Below are positions 38,721 to 54,109 of a stretch of DNA of 64,000 nt, one piece after another. Location: contig NC_068982.1 of NCBI RefSeq assembly GCF_001194135.2, forward strand, positions 110,019,607-110,083,606. The letters run 5' to 3'. This DNA comes from Octopus bimaculoides (taxonomy: Eukaryota). The notes under the pieces were generated by a model, which was not told the origin of the DNA, did not search any database, and saw nothing but the letters and a program-made list of their open reading frames with translations. A program made the translations under genes and the position numbers. Numbering within the stretch: the first letter of the stretch is position 1; every line of letters starts with the position of its first letter.

Positions 38721-39512
38721 GTCATTATTCAGTTTATTTCAAGATTTCTTGCCAAAAGAGAAAGAGCCAGTTTCTAACCTAGATCCAAGGTTCCTTTACT
38801 GGAATTTCAACAGCAACAACAGGGTATTTTTGTTTGTTTGTATGTATGTATGTATGCATGTATGTATGTATGTATGTGCAGATTTGTATGTTTTATGTAT
38901 GTATTCTCATGCATAGAGTTACATATCTAGACATGCTCATATATATTTAAATGATAAACTTCTGGAAAGTTTTACAGATTTTTAGTTCCAGTGATGGATT
39001 GGATCTGTAGCCCACGAATTAGCTTTCTCCTTTCTGGTTTTCAGAGGCCTAATTTCTCAAGTTTGGTATTTGGGCAGTGTGTTACATATCCCAGGGTCCC
39101 AATAATTACAGATATAAACCTGAACTTGTAATCTGGATAGAGTAACTGTAGATTTCTCAATAGTTCGGCATAGATGTTCTCTTTTTCACTGATCTTCAGC
39201 TTTATGTTAACATCCGCTGGGCAGCTAATTCCCACAATTGTGCACAGTTTCTCCTCTCTATCCCAAATCATTATATCAGGTCTGTTGTGCTTACATTTTA
39301 TTGAGGTCTTCACTGGTACATTCCACCAGTATTCGTTTTTAATATGAGTGGTTATGGCTTCTACCATATTGTGGGTTTTTATTTCTTTCTCCTCAGGATT
39401 ATCCTTCCGATAGATTTCATTATAGACTGTCCTAGCCTCAACATCTTGTCTCATCGGACAACTGCTTATGATGTGGGTGATATCTTCGGTGTTGACTCCA
39501 CAAAGTCTGCAT
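38721..39512 (-). pseudogene. RLE-type LINE 3' end: CCHC knuckle, restriction-like endonuclease and 3' UTR
   Basis: Minus strand CRLCGVNTEDITHIISSCP, RQDVEARTVY (from RHD), KHNRPDIMIWDREEKLCTIVGISCPAD...KISEKENIYAEL...IIGTLG, then ICKTFQKF. The 3' UTR ends in (CATA)n. Confidence 0.92.
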
Positions 39513-39548
39513 CATCATCATTATCAGCTGCAACAGCAGAACATCATG

Positions 39549-39672
<124 letters not shown>

Positions 39673-40285
39673 TCATCATCGTCGTCATCAATATAATCAT
39701 TGTCTTCATCCACCTAGTTATCATTATCGTCATCATCGGCAGCGTTAGCGTCATCATCACCATCATCCTGACCATTAGAAATATGGAAAAGTAATGTCTG
39801 TAGAGATGCAGTAAGATTGACCTCTTGATATATTTCTAATTAGCCATTTTCAATTCTTGTTTAACTTTTTTTATATTTGTTCTATAATTCCCACTGGTTC
39901 TATTCATGAGTTCATCAAACAGATATAAATCCAGTGATGACGTGTGGCGGTAAGCTTGTACCCGTGATTAACATTTAATTTCCCAGTCCCACATGTCACA
40001 ATTGCCCCAAATGTATCATCATATATTGGATCTGGACGAGAAATGTTTTTTTTTGTTTTGTTTCCCCCGCCCCCTTTGTTGTTGTTTTTTGGCATATCAT
40101 AAAGAATATATCGATTAAATTTATATTTTTGCTTCCATTATTGAAACTTATTCTTTCTTTCTCTCCCTCTCTCTTCCTCATTTTATCTATCATCATGCGT
40201 ATATCATCGGACACCCACTCTCTCACTCTTTTCTCCATCAATCTCTTTTAAAACTAGTTCTCCCTTTAGAGTCTCTTTTCTCATT

Positions 40286-40345
<60 letters not shown>

Positions 40346-40730
40346 CTTTCTTTTTTTTCCATTTTCGTATCTCTGACTCCTCTTCTCTCCCTCTCTCACC
40401 CTTCATTTACTCAGTCAATAATCTTTTTCTCTATCTATTTCTCCATTTTTTTAGTATCGGTCGTTCACACCTCATATCTTTTTCCCTCTTTCTCCATTCA
40501 CCTCTTCCTCCCTTCATTTTCTTTTTCTAACTCTCTTTTCTAAATATAGTTCTGCCTTCCACCCTGTCTGCATTTTCATTACCTTCCGTCCAAGGTATCG
40601 CGCTCATATTTCCAGCTATCTCCCTCTCTCCTTCTCTTTCTCCCTCTCCTTCTCTCTCTCCCCCTTACTCCCTCTTTCCTCCTTTCCCACTCTCCTCCTC
40701 CTTTCTCTCCTTCTTTCTCTCTTCTTGTAC

Positions 40731-40770
<40 letters not shown>

Positions 40771-41246
40771 TTTTATATTGAACTACTCGGCAGAATTGTT
40801 AATTATTAATTCTATTATTAATTGACGATTCTCTGCCCTTATTCTTGTATATTCTTGTATANNNNNNNNNNNNNNNNNNNNNNNNNNNNNNNNNNNNNNN
40901 NNNNNNNNNNNNNNNNNNNNNNNNNNNNNNNNNNNNNNNNNNNNNNNNNNNNNNNNNNNNNNNNNNNNNNNNNNNNNNNNNNNNNNNNNNNNNNNNNNNN
41001 NNNNNNNNNNNNNNNNNNNNNNNNNNNNNNNNNNNNNNNNNNNNNNNNNNNNNNNNNNNNNNNNNNNNNNNNNNNNNNNNNNNNNNNNNNNNNNNNNNNN
41101 NNNNNNNNNNNNNNNATATATATCACGGATTGGTCGATACAAATATTTCGTATTCGTGGTGTTTTCCCCTTTTCTTTATTTTCATGTAATTAACCATTCT
41201 TTCATTCATTCCCCTCATACAGTCATTTAATATTCTATCGTGAAAA

Positions 41247-41665
41247 AAGGCAGCGAGCTGGCAGAATCGTTACCGCGCCGGATAAAATGTTTAGTGGCAT
41301 TTCTTCCGACTTTAAGTTCTAAGTTCAAAATGCCGCCGAGGTCGATAAAATAAGTACCAGTTGAGTACTAGCGTTGGTGTGACCAACTTTCCCTCTCTCC
41401 CGAAAATTCTGGTCTCCTCCCAAAATTTGAAACCAATATTTTTTTTTTCTCTCTCTAGAGCAGCGAACTTGCAGAATCATTAGCACGCCAGGCAAAATGC
41501 TTAGCGCCATTTCGTCTGTCTTTACGTTTAGAGTTCAAATACTGCCGAGGTCGACTTTGCTTTCATCCTTTGAGGGTCGATGAAATAAGTACTAGTTGAG
41601 CACCGCGGTCGGAGTAATCGATTTACCCCCTCCTCAGAAACGGACCTTGTGCTAAAATTTGAAAT
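41247..41665 (+). mobile_element. Two head-to-tail family C SINEs (41247-41433 with an internal deletion; 41458-41665)
   Basis: Each starts (G)GCAGCGA.CT.GCAGAATC.TTA.C.CGCC with a B-box-like .AGTTCAAA and ends ...AAAATTTGAAA. Confidence 0.85.
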
Positions 41666-42649
41666 CAGTAGTCTATCATGAAAATCCATCAATTATTTCA
41701 ATATCCTTTGCTAACGATTTAGTACCATAGTACATGCGTAGGTATGATTATCTTTCTTACCTATACGTTAGAATACTAAATCTTGACTGCATCAAAAGAT
41801 CTTGAAGTTCACAGTCGTTATCATCCCGTTTTTTACAATGTGCAGGGAATCCGGTTCCACTTTATCCAAAGGTCTTTTTTCTAATACGGTAGTTTGCTCT
41901 GTAATGGAGATTTGGCTTCTATTTCGGGCAGGCATGCGATCATTTAGAAGTAGAGGCTACCGCGTTGGATTACAGTATTGGTCATGATACTATTGATTAA
42001 TTGGCTGGTTGTTTGGTTGGGTAATTGGCTGGTTGAATCCTTCGACGGATGAGCTGGTGGCAGTTATTGTTATATCAATACTGCTATTAATGTCTCTGTT
42101 ATTGTTGTTGTTGTAAGCGAGTTAATGAGATATAAATAGATAAAATATCGCATCTTCGTATTAGCACAAGGCCAAAAGTTGTGGGTTAGGGGCCGGAAAC
42201 AGTCAAATCATTCGAACCCAGTATTTAATGGGCATTATTTATAGATCTCAAGATAGATGACTAGCGAAGACGTTTCTGGCAAGATTTGAACTCGGTTCGT
42301 AAAGGGAAGTAACTTAATATCAAAAATTGTATTTCGCATGGGGCTTTACAAATTCTGTATCCTACAGCCCTAAGCTAGAAGCAATATTGAGGTGTGTCAG
42401 ACTTAAGATATTGCAATCTATAAAATTGTAGCACTATTGTTGAACAGTATAGTTTACTGTTGTTAATTTAATGCCTGTTTACTGTTGTTAATTTAATTCC
42501 AACACTCCTACACTTCAAGTGGATGGTAGTCTATATCTTAAGACTGTAATTTATGCCGATATTGAAATATTTATATATATTGAATACTGTTTGAGTTGTT
42601 ACTGTAGGTTGTACTAAGTCCATCTGTCTACCACAACAGTGGACATACG

Positions 42650-42699
<50 letters not shown>

Positions 42700-44369
42700 C
42701 ATACATACATACATACATACATACATACATAGACAGATGACTCGTCCAATATACAGATGTATACCTAAGTATGTAAATGTATGTACACTCGTATGTATAT
42801 GAATATATGCTTGAATTTGTGTGTGTGTGTGTGTGTGTGTGTGTAGAAATACACACGTGTGCGCACGCAAGCACACACACACACTCTCACACACACTCTC
42901 ACACACACATTGTGTGTGTGTGTATTTTTAATAGGGAACTAGATACGTTGGTACGTAGATAGGTAGATACGTTGGTACGTTGGTACGTAGATAGGTAGAA
43001 AACGAAGGAACGAAGGCAGATCGGTAGGTAATTAGACAGGTAAGTTGTGAAGTAGGTAGGTAGGTAGGTAAGTAGGTAGGTAGGTAGTTAGGTAGGTAGG
43101 TAGGTAGGTAGGTAGGTAGGTAGGTAGGTAGGATGGACAGAGGGATGGAAGGAGGGAGGGAGGTAATAGTGATTAGGGAGGGGGGTAAAGCTTTGTTAGG
43201 GTGGTGTATTGCTGAGTATTAAAATACTAAAGCATGAGTGATAATAAATGAACTACACTAAATAAATCAATGGGTGGGGATGGGGTGAAAAAGGATGGAT
43301 AGATGTATAAATGGATAAGTGAATTAATATGAATATTCATACAGGTATCTATATTGTGCAACCCAGGTAGCAAATAACCAATTTACGGTCGGATCGACCC
43401 GCCTACAAACCAAACTCCCTCTCTATTAACATACCTCTCCCTAGTTCGCTATCTGACCATTGCCAGAAAGGTAGCTATGTGTGTGTGTATGCATATGTGT
43501 GTGTATGCATGTGTGTGTAAGTGGTATGTGAAAAAGAGATGGACGGAAAACGAGAAAGAGAGAGAGAGAGAGATAGAGAAAGAGAGGAGGAAAGAATTTT
43601 TGAATTAAAGATGTTTATCGCTAGTAAACTACATAGCAAGATAGTTACGTTGCTGGATAGCCAGCTAGGTATATAGCTTGCTTCATATTCCTGTTACTGA
43701 ATGGCATCACACAGTCCGGGACCATCTACGGATTAACCATGAAGGCTTGAGAAAGTAATTTGGTAGATATTGGTCATTGATGGGTTATTACCTATGACGT
43801 CACTACTTAGTAGGCTATCATCTTAGTAGGCTATCATCTCACTACCAACCGTTACCAATAGCTAGATCGACGAATAAATAGCCCGCTAGTTGCTTGATCG
43901 AAATAATATATATGTGTCGTGTGTGTGTTTGTGTATGTTACATACATAGATATATGTGTGAGTGCGTGTGAAGATATATATATATGTAATATATAATATA
44001 GATATATGCAAATTTAAATGCATACATACATGCATATATGTATATACACACATATACATATGTATTATACACACATATACTCGCAGACAAACACACATAC
44101 ACTGAACAGAGGAACAGAGAGAAGGAGGGAGAGAGATTTTAAATTAATTAAAAGAAGCCTGATGAAGAGAATGAAAGAAAGAGCGAAAGATAAAGGAGCT
44201 ACTATTCAGCAGAAAGTAACAACGTGTCGTGCTATTACAGTTGCCGGAGATGTGAAGAATCGACCCGGAAGCAAGATAAAGCTTGTGTTGCCTGCTGTTA
44301 TTTTTCTTCTGTCCCAGGACATCAGTTACACTGGGAACCTTTTCTCTTGCTCATAATTTCTGTTTATCT

Positions 44370-45420
<1,051 letters not shown>

Positions 45421-47014
45421 AATAGCTGGAAGGCTAAATAGCCGGTAATGCTGTACTGTCTTGTAATAATGTCTTGCTGAGATAGTGTACCACAGAATTG
45501 GAATAAACGTCAATCAACCAAACTGTTGTGACAGCTTGAATTGGGATGAGACGTCCGGCTTTTTCGAAATTTAGCTTATTTAATATTGTGATAATCGATC
45601 CCCAATGGTGACCTTCTACCTTCACTTACGTCAGTGACTCCTTTGAGAAAAGCTTCAGTTTTGCTCGCCAAAATATATGTACAAGCTCCATGTGGTAGGT
45701 GACAAAAGCCAGAACGGCAGGCCGTTAGACTGATAGCTTTTACGTGAAATATTTATGTCTGCTGGCCAACCAGAGCACCTTTTCGCTATCGTTCTATCTG
45801 TTGGATATAACAGCCAAAAGTTCCTCAAATCTCAAACTACTGCCTTTAAAAAAAAGTGGAGGTGCATTGTATTCTATGCACTCAGGGTATACTATGGCTA
45901 GAAAAGAAAAAAAATGGGATGATCATGTTGTAACACCTTTCATTATATGCCTACTCAATCAGGTCAGAGTTGGGGTTAAATAAAAACAACACATCTTCTC
46001 CATGACTGGTGTTCCCTAAATGTCAACAGGTACCGTAATCAGGTATAATTCACATCGTTAAGAAGTAAGTGTATCGGTGTACTTTACGAGTATTATTTAA
46101 GCTCACAACGACCTCATATACAATACAGAACAAACGCTGTTTAAGACGAGTAATGTTATTATCCACGATAAACACTGCTCGCTGACTATTCCTGTCGGAA
46201 TTATTAAGACAATCAATCACTCGGCTAATCAATATTTCATAAATATCTTTATAATTTGTTGTTATTTTCAATGTCGTATTCTTTGAAGCGGTAAAATATA
46301 TTTTATCCCTTGAATTGTCACTATACATATATTACAGTTGAATTTTATGTATTTTATGTAAATTTCAAAAAATTAAATTCTTCCATGAGCCTCAGAAGAC
46401 TATTAAGATCATGTGTCAATAAGAGAATTAGAGATAAATCATCCGTAGATTTGATGTCTGTGTGTCATTGTTAAATTTCCCCGATGATTTGGTACATACT
46501 ACTAACCGCTACGAGAAGTGAGGCACCTAGGATTAACTGTTTTATCAAAATATACAGTAAAAAGCCAACAGATGGTTTCAACACAATTGCTGTGAAATGG
46601 GAGATAAATCAATACATATCCGCTTGACCATCTCATTAGTAAAAATAAAAGGAATGCTAAAAATAGTTCAGAGCTAGACACCATTAAACATAATCTCCTG
46701 GTGAACTGTATTTGTAACTTAGTTTCCCGGTTTCAATTCCTAATTATATCCATTTCCTTTCAATGACATCACAGATATGCACTTAGAAATGTATGAATGC
46801 TATCAATTTCATTGCTACTCTGCAATGAATCGGAGATCATATGCTCTTGAAAAAAATCGATACAGTTTTTATTTTGTTTTCCATCCTCCAAACTTAAAAA
46901 GAGATTAGAACCTGTAATACACTGGAATCACCTTAGTACAATTTTTTTCTAGCAAGAAATAAAATTGTACAAAGAAACAAAACGCTAGTCGTGAGCGCGT
47001 GTGTGTTTGTAATA

Positions 47015-48248
47015 CGAGGGTCAGCTGAAAATTTTATAGGCTGACCAATATACTCTCATAGAACGTAACCAAATGAGATTTATTTTTCAACATGAACCCG
47101 CTTGCGGTCTATACACTTGCTTCCATCGATGTTGTAGTACTTGGATCCATTGGTAAAGAACCTTTCATCCTGTTGATATGACGTCATCATCACTGCGACA
47201 CTGGTTTCCAGCCAAGTATTTTCTCATGTTGGGGAACAGATGATAGTCAGATGCGGCCAAATCCAGGAGAATAGGGTGGGTGATCAACCACTTCAAAGCC
47301 ACAGACAAGGACAACAGCCACAGAAACCAAGGACTTGTGTGCTGGAGCATTGTCCTGATGAAGCAAAACCTCTTTCGTCAATTTTCCTGGGTGTTTGAAC
47401 TTGATAGCTTTTCATATCTGCCTCAGCAAGTTAGCATAGTACTCTCCATTGATGGTATGGGCCTTTCGAAGAGTCAATAAACACAATGCCTTCTGCACCT
47501 CAAAAAACTAAGGCTGTCACCTTCCCTGCAGATGAAAAGACTTTGGCCTTCTTTGGAGCAGGTGACGAGAAGTGTTTCTACTGTTTGGATTGTCTCTTTG
47601 TCTCTGGCTCAAAGTTAGGAAGCCGACACTCATCCTGTCTTAGGAAACGTTTAAGGAAACCAGCTGAACCTGCCACAAACAATGTCAGATTTTCCTGTGA
47701 GGTGATCAAACTGGTGCACTTTTGATCAAGTGTCAGAACTGGCGCCCGCCGAGCAGAAACCATCATGACAAGTTCATTGCGCAGAATATTCTCAAATCTC
47801 TCACAGGATATGCTAAAATCATTGGCTATTTGATTTACAGTCAATCGCCCGTTGTCCATCAGCTTGTGATGAACACGATCAATGTTTTTCCTCGGTGGTG
47901 GCCGTTGCAGGACGTCCTGACTGTGAATCATCTTCTACACTCTCCCTTCCACTCCAAAATTCAGCTGCTCCTGAATTCACTGTTGATAAATCTGGAGCGT
48001 CATCACCTAACGTAGTAACCGTATCAGTATGAATGTGAGGTGGGGGAGCTAAACCCTTTTTCAGAGATACTTGATAACACCGTTTTCAAGAGAATTCTCT
48101 ACTAGTTACTTTTGATGTCTTTGTTAGTTTACCTGGAAAGAAACAAGGCAGCTAGTAATAAGTAAATTTGAAATGAAAGCCTGCAAGATTTCACAGCTCT
48201 AGCATTATTCCTTCATAGTCAGCCTATGAAATTTTCAGCCCACCCTCG
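47015..48248 (-). mobile_element. Near full-length decayed mariner transposon with both 31-bp TIRs
   Basis: TIRs CGAGGGTCAGCTGAAAATTTTATAGGCTGAC (47015-47045) and its inverse at 48218-48248 (28/31 match); TA on the left, TT on the right. Minus-strand transposase relics: RLTVNQIA...ILRNEL, RQDECRL..FEPETKRQSKQ (from TGDETW..YEPETKRQS), HQDNAPAH, DLAASDYHLFPNMRKYLAG. Confidence 0.92.
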
Positions 48249-48606
48249 TTTATAAACTGAGTGGTTTTCTGGTTTCTTCAGCAAAGCCTCATAAAACCAC
48301 TTAGAATAATGTAGTCAGAGTATTATTACTGAATATGAACTTGTTTTATGAAGAGAGAGTATCGCTGGATGAATTGATGGTTGGATGGATGGATGGNNNN
48401 NNNNNNNNNNNNNNNNNNNNNNNNNNNNNNNNNNNNNNNNNNNNNNNNNNNNNNNNNNNNNNNNNNNNNNNNNNNNNNNNNNNNNNNNNNNNNNNNNNNN
48501 NNNNNNNNNNNNNNNNNNNNNNNNNNNNNNNNNNNNNNNNNNNNNNNNNNNNNNNNNNNNNNNNNNNNNNNNNNNNNNNNNNNNNNNNNNNNNNNNNNNN
48601 NNNNNN

Positions 48607-48655
<49 letters not shown>

Positions 48656-49172
48656 TTATATATATATATATATATGCATAGATGCATGCTTATAAACAAA
48701 AGTGCATAAAAATATTTATATATGGTTTCAAACACCCTTACATATAATTGCAATCCCCCTTTTACGTTTTCTTATACACATAGCTTTGTAAGTATAATCA
48801 ATTTCAAATATATATATGCACACACATACACACACACGCCCTCGTATGTGTGTTTGTACGTTCGTATGTGTGTGAGTGTGTGCGTGTGCGTGTGCGTGTG
48901 TGTGTGTGCGCGTGTGCGTGTGCGTGTGTATGTATGTACACTACACAGCTACATACGGACGTATTCAAGAAAACACCTACGCAAATATAAACCCTTACAT
49001 ATGTGTGTCTTTTTCATTATCTCCTTCACATAGTAACATACATGCATACATGCAAAATGTTCCGTCTATATACATACCTTTTCGTAAGAATACTCGATAT
49101 ATGTATGGTATGTATGTATGTGTGTGTATGTATGTATGTATGTATGTATGTATGCATGTATGTGTGCGTATG

Positions 49173-49231
<59 letters not shown>

Positions 49232-50290
49232 TTCGTGAACTCAAGTTTTAGGTATTGGCATACACACTTTCACATTAATGTGTGATGCATTCAAATACGC
49301 CATCACAATCTGATAAATGGAATAAATGGAATGTTTCCGGATAGATCATCTTGAAGTAAATGATCACATTTAACCGATCACAAGTATGAGTCGTCACTGT
49401 TGCATTTTAGCGTATAGCACATATTTAATCGATTAACACTACTCATGGAATGAAACTATTTTTTTTTAATCGTCTAACAGCTATTTACTTGCCAATTATT
49501 TACTCGTTATAATACTGTTTACTCGGCTAACTATGGTTAAAAGAAGGTTTGGAGATAATGAGGCGTTACTTCCGGATAAATGAAAAAAATGTCAAAGCTT
49601 CTATTAATGTAACTATACAAATAATACGAAATAAATAAATATTCAATTTCAGGAAGTTATAGGTATCGATATGATCAACCCAATATTGACTGATATTTGT
49701 TTTACCGAATCTAGAGATTATTTTTCAGCCTTGAAAGGATAAAAAGCAAAGTTGATCGGAATGAGATTTGAAATTAGAACATAAAGAGGCATAATTTAAT
49801 ATTGAGAGTAATTTTTGTTAAACACTTTACCGATTCTGACATCTGCTGCTACTAATAAAACATTAGAATATGTAGTTAACTATTAATCATTATGGTGGTG
49901 AGACACGAAGTTTGATCCTCCCCTATTCAATTAATGTAGTGGTCTAGCACTGCTAGATTTTGACTTGTCCCAGATTATTACAATCTGGCTGGGGTAGTAA
50001 ACTTACGGTGGAGAATCGTGTATAGTTGTGGAGACCATTTTTCTTTCAACAAACCTTTTACTTTCTGTAAATTGACTCCCATCCCAAAATGTGAACTACA
50101 CGTCGTTCCACTGTTTATAAAGCACCACCCCATAGATGCTCTATACATAGCACACCTCACTGATACTCACCCCCGTCAGTTACAGGGAGCCTTTACCTTG
50201 GCCCTGGACCTATTAGAAATATCTACTAATTCTCCTTCAAATCACATTCTACTGCCCTATAAAGAAAAAAAGAAATATATACATTGAACT

Positions 50291-50428
50291 TTGCTGTCTT
50301 TTAACCTCTAGGTTAGCTTGAAGGTGTTTTAGCAAAGACCATTCTCTATCAGAGAGTACATACTCTCTGATAGAGGATGGTCATCGCTAAAACACCTTCA
50401 AGCTAACCTAGAGGTTAAAAGACAGCAA
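50291..50428. repeat. Near-perfect 138-bp palindrome (fold-back/MITE-like)
   Basis: TTGCTGTCTTTTAACCTCTAGGTTAGCTTGAAGGTGTTTTAGC...CTATCAGAGAGTA-CA-TACTCTCTGATAG...GCTAAAACACCTTCAAGCTAACCTAGAGGTTAAAAGACAGCAA: ~68-bp arms with about 3-4 mismatches. Confidence 0.95.
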
Positions 50429-52090
50429 CATTGCTTCATTTTAACATAAAACCGTCTATAAACACTACTCACATATCACATTATCCCGACACACTTGCAT
50501 ACGCATCACGCCACTGGTAGAATGCCATTCTAAATGCCATTCTCATCACTAATATATTCTGATACACGCCCGATATATTACATATACATCTTAACAACTA
50601 AATGATATAATTTTTCAGATTTGATCGATAGATATCCATATGTTGTCCATAAATAAAATAATGTGTCCGATGCAGAGTTCTGCAGAAAAAGTTGATCATT
50701 GAACAGTAGCAAAATCATTGAACAGTAGTAAGATGAGATTCCTAGTCTGAAAAATAAAACAATTGCTTTGTAAATAGTACACTTCCTCATTATATCTCAA
50801 ACATACATCTTAGATTCTTGATAAAGTAAAAACATCTCAAATTTTATATGTTATCTTTGCTGTGTATATATAAATTACCCTTGATTAAATACATATTAAT
50901 TCTCTTTAAATAATCACAAGCTAACTGTTATATATATAGCATCTCGGATTTCAGTTATATACTTCAGATGAGGCAGCTATTAATCGCTTTTCAATAGTTA
51001 TAAGTCAATACTTGCTGGAGAAAGGAATATAAAGTATGAAGGGCGAAACCAAATACTAATAAAATTAAATACCCAAAGATTGGCGCTCTACACTACCCAC
51101 CAACTTGTCTTTGTAAAGGTTAACATCCCACCAGTCATTGCTAAAAAGTACATTGAGATTCGCCTACAATTATATTCAGCATTCCAATATAGAAACAACT
51201 TATGTAAATTTTAATATTTAAATAAACACACAACTATGCACAGCACTTAGTATCATCTGAAATATATGTTAATCATCTTACTTATGTAAGATGATAAGAA
51301 CAAAAATGTTTTCAAAACGGTAATGGTACTTTTTCCTAGAGCATTACTAAAGCGAATATCTTCAACTGGAAACGAAATCCGACTTGCCCACTTTCTTCGT
51401 CGAAATTTCATATCTACAGTGACCACATGTGTATATCACTCAGTCAATTCCTGAACTAGTTTCTGTTCCGACGTTGTTCATCAATCATTATATACGATTC
51501 AGCTCTTCTAAAACCGATTCGTGAACTCAACCTCTTTACTGTACATCACCCAGTTAACTCTTGTCCTCCTCTGACAATTGAATATTTTAAAATCCAACAT
51601 TCCTTTACTCTATGACTATGTTCTAGCCTTTGTGTTTAAGGTGCTAGACTCATTCACAACTCCAGATCTCTGTGAGATTAGATATCATTATGGATATCGA
51701 ATGACTCAATAGTGATGTCCTCCCTCGCGCCTATCATGCTGAACAGAAGGCTATATATATGATATGACTATTTATACATACAGATACGTGTTGCTGTTGC
51801 AGATGAAATATTTTATGCAGACAGGCTTTTTGAAAAACTTCTAGAATTTTCCAGCATGCTAACAGAATATATAAATTCAATAGATATCATTATATCAAAA
51901 GCTACAAACGCTAAACTAATACTACTATGACACTCGACTTTTGAGAAGGCTTTTGTTTAGTGTGACATCAATTCACTAAAGAATACACTTAGTAAACATA
52001 TTCACTAGCAAATAGATTGACTAATGAGTTGGTAAATAGATACTAGCAATCAATAGAGACGGAGATTGGTAAACAGAGAGAGTGTGTATG

Positions 52091-52157
<67 letters not shown>

Positions 52158-52210
52158 CAGCAGCAGCAACAGTAGCAGCAGCAGCGGTAGTAGTAGAAGA
52201 AGAAGAAGAA
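52091..52210. repeat. Compound trinucleotide microsatellite (GTA)n-(GCA)n-(GAA)n
   Basis: Direct reading. Confidence 0.95.
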
Positions 52211-52835
52211 AATAATGCTAGAAAGTAAGGATGATTGAGAGAAATACAAAAGGAATTATGAAGGAAAAGGAAGATCGCGAGAAAATAAAGAAAAGAAGAA
52301 AAGGAATGCGAAGAGGAGAAAAGGAAATCTGATAAAACAGGGGAAAAAACAGATAAAACAGATAGGAAAGGGAAGTTACTACGGAAAGGGGGAAAAACAA
52401 TGATATAAATATATCACTTTAATATTGTCATTATTTGCTAGACTCGACTTTGCCACTAATCCTTTTGGTTTTTTTATAAGTAATCTTTTGGATGGATTTC
52501 AGCAACAAATAAGTGATGCATTGATGTTAAATTTACTAACTGCATTACCTCCCCTTAGAAGTATTGGCAGAACATCTAATCAAAAGAAATCCATATTGAC
52601 GTTATATTTTTCTCCTTCCATTCACTGTTATATAATTATTTCATGTGTAAAATTCTTTGAATGTTTTTCCTTCGTTTAATTTCTCATACCTACTTCTTAT
52701 ATATGTATTTTCGATTACAAAATGATTTGTAAATCTTATCACTATTTCAATACTAGCTTACACCATACTTGTTCTACATTTTCATGTTTTTTCCTCATCG
52801 TCTTTGACATTATTCTCCCTTTCTCTCCCTTGCTT

Positions 52836-52886
<51 letters not shown>

Positions 52887-53604
52887 TACCTTCTATCTCT
52901 GCCTATTTAACTAATAAATATGCAAATGTATCTTGAGCCTCAAGAGAGTTATCTTTAAGAGTCAGTATTTAGTTCAGTTTTCATGGTCCATCTCACCGAG
53001 AAAATTTGCTACCTATTATTGACAGCATAGTGAAATGAAGTTCATAGAATTAAATTATATTGCCACCAACGACACAACGCCGATACCAAATTTGAACTGA
53101 AGGCTACTTCACGTCTCTATCTACCTAAAAGTTGTTTGCAAAAAAGCTGCGAATTTCATTGTATTTTAATTGATTAAAAACTGAGGGCAGCTGAGATGCC
53201 AAAGAATTGGGCTATATATTAAATACATAACATTATTAAGGGTTGGTTGCTATAGTCTCGAACGTAAATCCTGGTTGGGTCGATTTCATGCTTTAGCTGT
53301 CTGCTGGGGTGGGGGATCGATAAAAATGAGTAAAATTTGCACAATGGGATTGGTTCATTTTACTACAAAATTTGGCCTTGTGCCTAGTTAAAAACTAATC
53401 AATATTTCTTAAAGCAAAATGGATCTGCGGATATTTTAGAATTTGTTGACTCATCTACCTTTTTTCTGAAAGTCCGCTTTTCTCTATCTCTCCTCCTATT
53501 GTGTGTTTCTGTGGCTCTTTCTCCTCTTACTTGCTATCTTTCTTACTATATGTATATGTGTGTATATGTATGTATGCATGTATGTATGTATACATATATA
53601 CATA

Positions 53605-53987
53605 TTGTTGGCACTCCGTCGCTTACGACGTCGAGGATTCCAGTTGATCCCATCAACGGAACAGCCTGCTCGTGAAATTAACGTGAAAGTGACTGAGCAC
53701 TCCACAGACACGTGTACCCTTAACGTAGTTCTCGGGGATATTCAGCGTGACACAGTGGGACAAGGCTGACCCTTTGAATTATAGGTACAACAGAAACAGG
53801 AAGTAAGAGTGAGAGAAAGTTGTGGTGAAAGAGTACAGCAGGGTTCGCCACCATCCCCTGCCAGAGCCTCGTGGAGCTTTTAGGTGTTTTCGCTCAATAA
53901 ATACTCACAACGCCCGATCTGGGAATTGAAACCGCGATCCTATGACCGCGAGTCCGCTGCCCTAACCACTGGGCCATTGCGCCTCCA
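53605..53987 (-). mobile_element. tRNA-derived SINE (family A), full length
   Basis: Reverse complement of 12218-12602 with few differences. Confidence 0.9.
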
Positions 53988-54109
53988 CACATACATACAT
54001 ACATACATACATACATACATGCATACATGCATACATGCAGACACACATACACACAGACACATACATACACACAGACACATACATACATACATACATACAT
54101 ACATACATA

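Noticed and set aside
46050-46328. 92-aa minus-strand ORF with ordinary composition
   Set aside because: No recognisable motif and no convincing splice sites; the length is within chance expectation.
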